From positions 18,260 through 82,259 of the forward strand of contig JBELHA010000002.1 of NCBI GenBank assembly GCA_042091695.1: DNA of 64,000 bases, read 5' to 3'. Position numbers and translations under genes: made by a program. How positions within the stretch are numbered: the stretch's first letter is position 1; every line of letters starts with the position of its first letter. Source of the DNA: Flavicella sp. (GTDB taxonomy: Bacteria > Bacteroidota > Bacteroidia > Flavobacteriales > Flavobacteriaceae). Positions 56,900-64,000 of this stretch are shown piece by piece. The notes beneath the pieces are model-generated. The model did no database searches, was not told where the DNA came from, and saw only the letters and a list, made by a program, of their open reading frames with translations.

Positions 56900-58123
56900 T
56901 TGAAATCAATTATTTATATTTTTTTGTCTCTTTTTCTATTCATTTCATGCAATAGCAATCAAACAAAGACCAAACAAGACAACACTGCAAATACACCTGA
57001 AAAAAAAGAACCCGTATTTAAATTTGGGTACAATCTAGACGACTATATTCACATTCAAGATACCATTGAGAGAGGAGAGAGTTTTGGGGTTATTTTGGAC
57101 CGTCATCATCTTTGGAACCCAGAAATATTTAAAATTTCTAATACGATCAAAGATTCTTTTGATGTCAGAAGAATGCGTGCCGGAAAGCCATACACGGTAC
57201 TGGCAAAAAAGGATTCTACAGAAAAAGCACAAGTATTTATTTACCAGCACGATAAAATCCATTTCACTGTAGTCGATTTTAGAGATTCTATTTTTGTGAA
57301 AAAAGTAGCAAAAGAAGTAAAAACGGTTGTCAAAGAAGCCTCAGGAGTAATTACGAGTTCTTTGTCACAGTCACTCGACAAAAAAGGAGCCCACCCTTCA
57401 CTTGCAAACGAACTTTCTGAAATCTACGCATGGTCTATTGATTTTTTTCGCTTGCAAAAAAATGATAGTTTTAAAGTAATCTACGAACAAAAATATATCG
57501 ACGACACTATTCCTGTGGGTATAGGGCGCATCAGAGCAGCCTATTTCAAGCATGCCAAGCGACCTTTTTATGCTTTTGAATTTGTGGCAGACAGTGTACA
57601 TATGATTCCAGAGTATTTTGATGACAATGCTCAACATCTTCGTCGTGCTTTTCTAAAAGCACCTCTAAAGTTTAGTAGGATTTCATCCCGTTTTAATTTG
57701 AGAAGAAAAATAGCATTGTACGGTAGAGTGAAACCTCACTTGGGAACCGATTTTGCTGCTCCTGTTGGCACTCCCATCATGAGTACTGCCAATGGAAAAG
57801 TAATTGAATCTCGTAAAAAAGGGGGCAATGGAAACTATGTCAAAGTACGACACAATGCGACCTATTCTACACAATACCTACATATGAAACGACGCAAGGT
57901 CAAAGTTGGTGACTATGTAAAACAAGGTGATGTTATCGGTTGGGTAGGTATGACTGGAAACACTTCTGGACCACACGTATGTTATCGTTTTTGGAAAAAT
58001 GGAAGGCAAGTAGATCCTTTGAAACAAAAATTGCCAGAAGCTGCGAAAATGCCATCTACTATTAAACCCAAATACCTTACATTTATAACTCCAATCAAAC
58101 AACAACTGGATGCTATCGACTAA
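56900..58123 (+). CDS. M23 peptidoglycan DD-metalloendopeptidase (MepM-like lipoprotein)
   Basis: Lipobox LFISC; [12 protein letters not shown] (HxxxD); GNYVKVRH; YLHM; GPHVCY. TTG start. Confidence 0.9.
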   Translation: MKSIIYIFLSLFLFISCNSNQTKTKQDNTANTPEKKEPVFKFGYNLDDYIHIQDTIERGESFGVILDRHHLWNPEIFKISNTIKDSFDVRRMRAGKPYTVLAKKDSTEKAQVFIYQHDKIHFTVVDFRDSIFVKKVAKEVKTVVKEASGVITSSLSQSLDKKGAHPSLANELSEIYAWSIDFFRLQKNDSFKVIYEQKYIDDTIPVGIGRIRAAYFKHAKRPFYAFEFVADSVHMIPEYFDDNAQHLRRAFLKAPLKFSRISSRFNLRRKIALYGRVKPHLGTDFAAPVGTPIMSTANGKVIESRKKGGNGNYVKVRHNATYSTQYLHMKRRKVKVGDYVKQGDVIGWVGMTGNTSGPHVCYRFWKNGRQVDPLKQKLPEAAKMPSTIKPKYLTFITPIKQQLDAID

Positions 58124-58139
58124 CACTTACGTTCAAACC

Positions 58140-59699
58140 ATGAAACTACAAAACACGAACCCAACTACAACTAAAGCTTGGGAGAAACTAAAAGCGCATT
58201 TTAATGCGACTAAACAGACGCATTTAAAAGATGTATTTGCAAATAATGCTACTAGAAAAGAAGATTTCAAATACATTTTTGAAGACATTAAAGTTGATTT
58301 ATCAAAAAATAGAATCGATGAAACTACCATAGCGCTTTTGGTTTCTTTAGCAGAAGAAGTTGGTTTAAAAGATGCTATTTCTAGCTATTTTGGGGGAGAA
58401 AAAATAAACGCAACAGAAGGCAGGGAAGTACTGCATACTGCTTTGCGCGCAACTGCTACTGAAGAGATATATGTTGAAGGAGATAATGTGGTGCCAGAGG
58501 TACAAGCGACGTTAGCACAAATAGAGAATTTTTCACAAAAAGTCATCTCAGGAGATTGGAAAGGTTTTACAGGTAAATCAATTACAGATGTTGTAAATAT
58601 TGGTATCGGTGGTTCTGATTTAGGACCTCAGATGGTGGTAGACGCACTGCAATATTATAAGACACCCTTACACATGCACTTTGTGTCCAATGTAGACGGA
58701 GATCACGTGTCAGAGATCACAAAAAACCTTGATCCAGAAACCACCTTGTTTTTGATAGTTTCAAAGACATTTACGACCCAAGAAACAATCACCAACGCAG
58801 AGACCATTAAATCCTGGTTTTTAGAAACTGCAACACATAAAGATATAGCCCAACATTTCGTGGCGGTATCTACTAATATGGAAGCCGTGCTCAATTTTGG
58901 GATCGATGCAGACAATGTTTTTACCATGTGGAACTGGGTAGGTGGTCGTTTTTCGCTGTGGAGTGCTGTCGGTCTTTCTATCAGTTTGGCTGTAGGTTTT
59001 GATCATTTCAAATCCCTACTCCAAGGAGCAAATCAGATGGATACCCACTTTAAAAAAACTCCATTAGAACAAAATATACCAGCTTTATTAGGTCTTTTAA
59101 GTGTCTGGTACAATAATTTTTATGGGGCAGAAACCGAAGCAATTTTACCCTATGCGCAATACCTTGAAAAATTAACTCCTTATTTGCAGCAAGCTATTAT
59201 GGAGAGTAATGGTAAAAGTGTAGACAGAAATGGAAATCCAATTGAGTACCAAACAGGAAATATCGTTTGGGGTAGTACCGGTACCAACATGCAACATGCT
59301 TTTATGCAATTGGTACACCAAGGCACCAAATTGATTCCTTGTGAGTTTATAGGTTTTGAAAAGCCATTGCATGGAAAACAAGAACACCACAATAAGTTAA
59401 TGTCTAATTTTTACGGACAACAAGAAGCATTGTGCTTTGGGAAAACCAAAGAAGCTGTTGTTAGTGAAGGTAATACCCCAGATGCTGTTGTTCCTTTTAA
59501 AGTATTTGCAGGTAACAAACCAAGTACGAGTATTCTCATAGAAAAGTTGACTCCGAACTCTTTAGGAAAGCTTATTTCATTGTACGAACACAAAATCTTT
59601 GTACAAGGTATTGTTTGGAATATTTATAGTTATGATCAATGGGGTGTAGAATTGGGAAAAGTCCTTGCAAATCAAATTTACGCGGAGAAATATCAGTAA
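58140..59699 (+). CDS. pgi: Glucose-6-phosphate isomerase
   Basis: [10 protein letters not shown]; SKTFTTQET; [10 protein letters not shown]; MESNGK; DQWGVELGK. Start moved from 58110 to the ATG at 58140. Confidence 0.99.
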   Translation: MKLQNTNPTTTKAWEKLKAHFNATKQTHLKDVFANNATRKEDFKYIFEDIKVDLSKNRIDETTIALLVSLAEEVGLKDAISSYFGGEKINATEGREVLHTALRATATEEIYVEGDNVVPEVQATLAQIENFSQKVISGDWKGFTGKSITDVVNIGIGGSDLGPQMVVDALQYYKTPLHMHFVSNVDGDHVSEITKNLDPETTLFLIVSKTFTTQETITNAETIKSWFLETATHKDIAQHFVAVSTNMEAVLNFGIDADNVFTMWNWVGGRFSLWSAVGLSISLAVGFDHFKSLLQGANQMDTHFKKTPLEQNIPALLGLLSVWYNNFYGAETEAILPYAQYLEKLTPYLQQAIMESNGKSVDRNGNPIEYQTGNIVWGSTGTNMQHAFMQLVHQGTKLIPCEFIGFEKPLHGKQEHHNKLMSNFYGQQEALCFGKTKEAVVSEGNTPDAVVPFKVFAGNKPSTSILIEKLTPNSLGKLISLYEHKIFVQGIVWNIYSYDQWGVELGKVLANQIYAEKYQ

Positions 59700-59716
59700 T
59701 ATTTTATCATTTTAAC

Positions 59717-59755
59717 AAAAAAGACGTCATTATTATTATAATGGCGTTTTTTTTT
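59717..59755 (+). terminator. Rho-independent terminator after pgi
   Basis: ACGTCATTAT-TATT-ATAATGGCGT (one G-U pair) followed by a T run. Confidence 0.8.
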
Positions 59756-59895
59756 AGTCAAAATGTTAACTATTGTTAATTTAGTTAACATTAAATTTAC
59801 ATTAAAGGGTTAATGTATAGTTTATGTTAAGTGAGGGGGGTGTTTTTTTTTTGAATAGTTAAGATTCTCTTAAAGTAGTTAAAGAGATGTTAATG

Positions 59896-59903
59896 TAATT
59901 TTG
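59896..59903 (+). promoter_or_regulatory. -7 promoter element for the TonB receptor, preceded by GTTAA repeats
   Basis: TAATTTTG(C); eight GTTAA copies between 59765 and 59893. Confidence 0.6.
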
Positions 59904-59934
59904 CAATACTAAATTTTAATATAAATAATTAAAA

Positions 59935-62493
59935 ATGAAAAAATTTCAAAGTTATTTGAGTTTGTTTTTCTTATTAGCTGTTGTGACGGTAAATGCACAG
60001 ATGCTAAAAGGAACAGTTGTTGACGAGACTGGAGCACTTCCAGGAGCGAATGTATTTGTAAAAGGAACAACTACAGGAATGAATACCGATTTTGACGGTA
60101 ATTTCTCTTTTGATGCTAAAGTATCTAAAGGAGAGGTAGTAGTATCTTTTGTTGGTTATGCCAATACAGTGGTTGCTTTTGATGCAAACAACCAAGATCT
60201 TGGTACAATTGTGTTAAAGCCATCTTCTGTTGGTTTGAATGAGGTTTTAGTTATGGCATCTTATGCTGTAGATCGTAAAACTCCCGTTGCTGTTTCTACA
60301 GTAAAAGCTTCTATTATTGAAGAGAAATTGGGAAGTCAGGAATTCCCTGAAATTTTAAAAGCAACACCTGGTGTTTATGTTACAAAAACAGGTGGAGGTT
60401 TTGGAGATTCTCGTATTAACTTAAGAGGGTTTAATTCTGAAAACGTTGCTGTAATGATTAACGGTGTTCCAGTAAACGACATGGAAAATGGTCGAGTATA
60501 CTGGTCTAACTGGGCAGGTCTTTCTGATGTAACATCTTCTATGCAGGTACAAAGAGGTCTAGGTGCTGCTAAAGTTGCCGTTCCTTCTGTAGGGGGGACC
60601 ATCAACATTCTTTCAAAAACTACAGATGTAGAGAAAGGCGGAAATATTACAATGTCTACGGGTAATGATGGATACCAAAAGTATGGGTTTAGTCTTTCTA
60701 CGGGATTGTTAGAAAACGGATTTGCATCTACTGTTGCTTTCTCTAAAACTGAAGGAGAAGGATATGTAGATGGTACTGAGTTCAAAGGATTTAATTACTT
60801 TGTGAATATCTCAAAGAAGTTGAGTGCAAAACATAAGTTATCCTTGACTACTTTTGGTGCTCCTCAGCGTCACGGTCAACGTCAAGATAGAAGTTTGATA
60901 TCAAGATACAGAAACAGTGAGCGTGGTATCAAATTCAACCCTAACTGGGGATATAAAAATGGTCAAGTGACTCACATTGAAGACAATTTTTACCACAAAA
61001 ATCAAACTTCTTTGAATCACTACTTCGATATTAGCGAAAATACTAGTTTGTCAACTGCACTTTATGTTTCTGTTGGAACAGGTGGTGGTGGAGGAACTGC
61101 TGGAACAAATAGAGATTTGTTCGGAGTTCGTATTGGTGGATCTGATTCTCCAGTTGATTTAGATAATATTGTTTCTATAAACAAGGCAAATGGTTCTAAT
61201 GGAGCTGAAGCTGTTTTGAGAGCTTCTCACAATGATCATAACTGGTACGGAGTATTGTCTACATTCAAAACTGATTTGAATGAGAATATTGAATTTGTTG
61301 CTGGAGTTGATATTAGAGAGTACACAGGTAAACATTACAGAACAGTAACTGATTTATTAGGAGGTGAATACTACTTAGATAATTCTAATGAAAACAATCC
61401 TAATGCTGCTTTACAAGTTGGAGACAAGATGTCTTACAATAATGACGGAAACGTTGGATGGCAAGGTTTGTTTGCTCAGTTTGAATATGACAAAGATGCT
61501 ATTAGTGCATTCTTATCTACTTCTGTATCAAATACATCATACCAAAGAGTTGATTATTTCAACTACTTAGATTCTGATGATCTTCAAACTACAGATACTT
61601 ATAACTTTGGCGGTTATGTTGCTAAGGGTGGTGCTAACTGGAGAATCGATGACACACACAACGTATTTGCAAATATTGGTTTCTTTGAAAAAGCAGCTAA
61701 TTTTGATGCAGTTTTCCAAAATTTCAATAACGAATCTATCAATGCAGATGCTGAAAATCAAAAGATTTTTAGTGTTGAATTTGGGTACGGATTGCGTTCA
61801 GAGAAATTCACTGCTAACTTAAATGTCTACAGAACAGAGTGGCAAGATAGAACTTTCACAAGAAGTCTAGATGGTCAAAATGGAGAAGAGTTTATTGCTA
61901 ATATTTTAGGAGTTGATGCATTGCATCAAGGGGTTGAATTCGATTTCTCTTACCGTCCATTTAAAGTATTGTCATTTACAGGAATGGCTTCTTTTGGAGA
62001 CTGGACTTGGAACAACGATTTACTTGATACTCCAATATTTGATGCTGAACAAAATTTAGTTGCAAACGCTGATTTATTGATCAAAGGATTGAGAGTTGCA
62101 GATGCTGCACAGACTACTGCTGCCTTGGGTATGAAATTAGAATTTATGGAAGGTACATCTATCTCTGTTGATTATAACTACGCAGACAATTTATATGCTG
62201 ATTTCGACATCTTAGGTTCAGCAAATATTACAGAAGTTGGTGATACGAAAGCTGAGTCTGTAAGACCATCAGCTACTTGGCAAGCTCCTGCTTACCACTT
62301 ATTTGATTTAGGTTTAAAGCACGAGTTTAAATTAGGTGATCTTGATGCGTCTATTTTTGCAAGAGCAAACAATATTTTCAACACAGAGTATGTTGCTGAT
62401 GCAAGAGATGGTGAGGGTTCTGTAGCTGAAACTGCAATGGTATGGTTCGGTTTTGGAAGAACTTTCAGTTTATCTGCAAAAATTAAATTTTAA
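59935..62493 (+). CDS. TonB-dependent receptor with CarboxypepD_reg-like N-domain (no SusD partner)
   Basis: RKTPVAVST; plug PGVYVTK.GGGFGDSRINLRGF...NGVPVNDMENG.VYWSNW; QVQRGLG...SVGGTINI; C-terminal KIKF. Confidence 0.92.
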   Translation: MKKFQSYLSLFFLLAVVTVNAQMLKGTVVDETGALPGANVFVKGTTTGMNTDFDGNFSFDAKVSKGEVVVSFVGYANTVVAFDANNQDLGTIVLKPSSVGLNEVLVMASYAVDRKTPVAVSTVKASIIEEKLGSQEFPEILKATPGVYVTKTGGGFGDSRINLRGFNSENVAVMINGVPVNDMENGRVYWSNWAGLSDVTSSMQVQRGLGAAKVAVPSVGGTINILSKTTDVEKGGNITMSTGNDGYQKYGFSLSTGLLENGFASTVAFSKTEGEGYVDGTEFKGFNYFVNISKKLSAKHKLSLTTFGAPQRHGQRQDRSLISRYRNSERGIKFNPNWGYKNGQVTHIEDNFYHKNQTSLNHYFDISENTSLSTALYVSVGTGGGGGTAGTNRDLFGVRIGGSDSPVDLDNIVSINKANGSNGAEAVLRASHNDHNWYGVLSTFKTDLNENIEFVAGVDIREYTGKHYRTVTDLLGGEYYLDNSNENNPNAALQVGDKMSYNNDGNVGWQGLFAQFEYDKDAISAFLSTSVSNTSYQRVDYFNYLDSDDLQTTDTYNFGGYVAKGGANWRIDDTHNVFANIGFFEKAANFDAVFQNFNNESINADAENQKIFSVEFGYGLRSEKFTANLNVYRTEWQDRTFTRSLDGQNGEEFIANILGVDALHQGVEFDFSYRPFKVLSFTGMASFGDWTWNNDLLDTPIFDAEQNLVANADLLIKGLRVADAAQTTAALGMKLEFMEGTSISVDYNYADNLYADFDILGSANITEVGDTKAESVRPSATWQAPAYHLFDLGLKHEFKLGDLDASIFARANNIFNTEYVADARDGEGSVAETAMVWFGFGRTFSLSAKIKF

Positions 62494-62508
62494 TAAAATA
62501 CTATAACA

Positions 62509-63594
62509 ATGAAAAATTTATTTTACACAATCGCACTTTTCTTTGCTGTATTGACTTCATGTGAGTCACCTATGGCAGATATTTACGATGCAATCGACAA
62601 CCCTGTTGACACAGCTGGTAATTTATTACCTAACAAAATTGTTGGACAAACAAGCTATACTTTAACAGAGGAAGATTACACTGATGAATTGGACTTTAAC
62701 TATCCAAACTTTTCATCAACTGATCAAGCTAAAGAATTAATTCCAGGTTTCTTAACTTCAAAATTTCCTGTATGGGGGATGGGGTCATTGGCTGAGATTA
62801 CTTATGATATTTATAACAGAATCCCTTCTGTTGATGCTACGCCTTTTGATGTAGATGCGTCAGAATATGAGCCTATCACAGGGAATTCATATGGTAACTT
62901 TAGTAGTACTAATCATGTTACTGAATATGCTGCTTTAAAGTATCCAGACGCTCAAGATGGAGATTTCTATGCTTTTAACTGTAAATACTATGCTGGTTCG
63001 GTTTCTGATAGAATCTACGGTGTATTGATGCACAATGGTGCTTGGGTTGCTGTACAAGGATTCGATGCTGATGCATATACTGCAATGGGTGAGTCTTTTC
63101 CTAACCTTTCATCAACTGATGAGGCTGAAGAAAAACTTCCAATCTTCCTAAAAGACTATAACAAGTACAATACTGTTAAAGTTGGAGAGCCTTTGATGTA
63201 TGTTTATGAAACTCGTTTCGATGCACATTTAATTGCTTTCGTATATGATGGTATAAACTACACTTTGTATGAAAATATCTTGTCTGAAACTTTACAATTC
63301 GGTCACGATGGTTCAACTTGGGTTCCTGATAATACTGTTAAGTATATTTTAACTGCTGCTGATTTTGCTTTGGTAGGAAATGACCGTTACGGTAACTTTG
63401 ATGTTCGTCCAGGTAAAGATGAAGAACCAATTTCAGTTCGTATCGAAAAAATAAACACAATTTTGACAAATAACTTCCCTGATTTGGCTGTTGAAGGTCA
63501 GAAGTTTGTTGTTGATTACAACGTTTACAACGGATCCGCCGCTGTTTACACAATAGCTTTGATACATGATGGAACAAGTTTTGTTCAACAATAA
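62509..63594 (+). CDS. Outer-membrane lipoprotein partner of the TonB receptor, with internal repeats
   Basis: Lipobox VLTSC; repeated PN(F/L)SSTD.A...P.FL and Y.LT..D(Y/F) modules. Confidence 0.75.
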   Translation: MKNLFYTIALFFAVLTSCESPMADIYDAIDNPVDTAGNLLPNKIVGQTSYTLTEEDYTDELDFNYPNFSSTDQAKELIPGFLTSKFPVWGMGSLAEITYDIYNRIPSVDATPFDVDASEYEPITGNSYGNFSSTNHVTEYAALKYPDAQDGDFYAFNCKYYAGSVSDRIYGVLMHNGAWVAVQGFDADAYTAMGESFPNLSSTDEAEEKLPIFLKDYNKYNTVKVGEPLMYVYETRFDAHLIAFVYDGINYTLYENILSETLQFGHDGSTWVPDNTVKYILTAADFALVGNDRYGNFDVRPGKDEEPISVRIEKINTILTNNFPDLAVEGQKFVVDYNVYNGSAAVYTIALIHDGTSFVQQ

Positions 63595-63623
63595 GTCATA
63601 AAGATTTAAAGTTTATATTTTAT

Positions 63624-63654
63624 AAACCACCTCTTTTCAGAGGTGGTTTTTTTT
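63624..63654 (+). terminator. Rho-independent terminator after the lipoprotein
   Basis: AAACCACCTCT-TTTC-AGAGGTGGTTT followed by a T run. Confidence 0.9.
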
Positions 63655-63689
63655 GTAATTTGCTTTCGATACAACAAAATCATAATTTT

Positions 63690-64000
63690 ATGAAACACCT
63701 ATCTATACTATTTTATTTTTTGTTTTTTACAACAGTTATTATTTCTCAAAATAAGCAGCTCCAATCGGGTCCTATGGTGGGTTATTCTGATTACCGAGAA
63801 GCGCTTATTTGGGTACAAACCACCCAAGCCGCAAAAGTTAAAATAGGGTATTGGGACAGTAGCAATATCAAAAAATTTACATCTGCTGTTACAACAGATG
63901 CTTGCAATGATTTTATTGCCAAATTGTACCCTAGCGAAGTTGCATACGGTACTTCCTACGACTATGAGGTCTACATCGATGGGAAACGCTTGAAATTCGA
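63690..64000 (+). CDS. Alkaline phosphatase D (PhoD-like) family protein, N-terminal part (3' truncated; absent from the ORF track)
   Basis: Open frame from ATG 63690 to the window end: signal peptide, then LQSGPMVGYSDYREALIWVQT...L.P...YGTSYDYEVYIDG, resembling the PhoD/purple-acid-phosphatase N-terminal Fn3-like domain. The catalytic domain is outside the window. Confidence 0.65.
   Translation, partial: MKHLSILFYFLFFTTVIISQNKQLQSGPMVGYSDYREALIWVQTTQAAKVKIGYWDSSNIKKFTSAVTTDACNDFIAKLYPSEVAYGTSYDYEVYIDGKRLKF

Noticed and set aside
59836-59852. G6 and T10 homopolymer runs upstream of the TonB receptor as a phase-variation tract
   Set aside because: Non-coding, upstream of the inferred core promoter, and long T runs are frequent in this AT-rich window; would need read-level length variation to support.
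105-63577. The many 60-130 aa ORFs in the track that overlap larger genes (e.g. 1574-1954, 8791-9204, 34814-35173, 46272-46661, 60375-60785)
   Set aside because: They are antisense or off-frame shadows of well-supported genes, with no recognisable motifs or independent expression signals.

Overview
AT-rich chromosomal window from a member of the Flavobacteriales/Flavobacteriaceae (Bacteroidota), probably marine. The lineage call rests on T9SS genes (porZ, porP/sprF, type A and type B CTD substrates), TAnnTTTG promoters and SusC-less TonB receptors. Housekeeping genes include atpA (5' partial), atpG, ppnP, holB, pgk, an aldo-keto reductase, trpS, plsC, recO, rnpA, purD, mrp/nfu, an M23 peptidase and pgi. 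Accessory elements include an orphan 994-aa Upf1/DNA2-like SF1 helicase next to a J-domain-KTSC gene, an orphan T9SS-secreted beta-helix enzyme, and an ECF-FecR-TonB receptor triad. The most notable structure is a putative phosphate-starvation (Pho) region at 33.8-53.3 kb. A PhoR/PhoB-like pair is divergent from a TonB receptor and an internally duplicated beta-helix-like lipoprotein. A PiT-PhoU-like transporter lies 10 kb further on, separated by a four-gene T9SS surface module (adhesin-like protein, PorP/SprF, reprolysin-like protease, Fn3 lipoprotein). The receptor, lipoprotein and transporter promoters share one geometry: TAACA-like direct repeats at 11-bp pitch, the last starting exactly 25 bp before a degenerate -7 element (nAnnTTTGC). 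A further repeat pair lies at the left edge of the T9SS module. At the right end is a second candidate P-scavenging locus: TonB receptor, repeat lipoprotein and a PhoD-like phosphatase (3' partial, missing from the ORF track). No rRNA, tRNA, CRISPR array, transposase or integrase was seen. All family calls come from motif recognition by eye; no searches were run.
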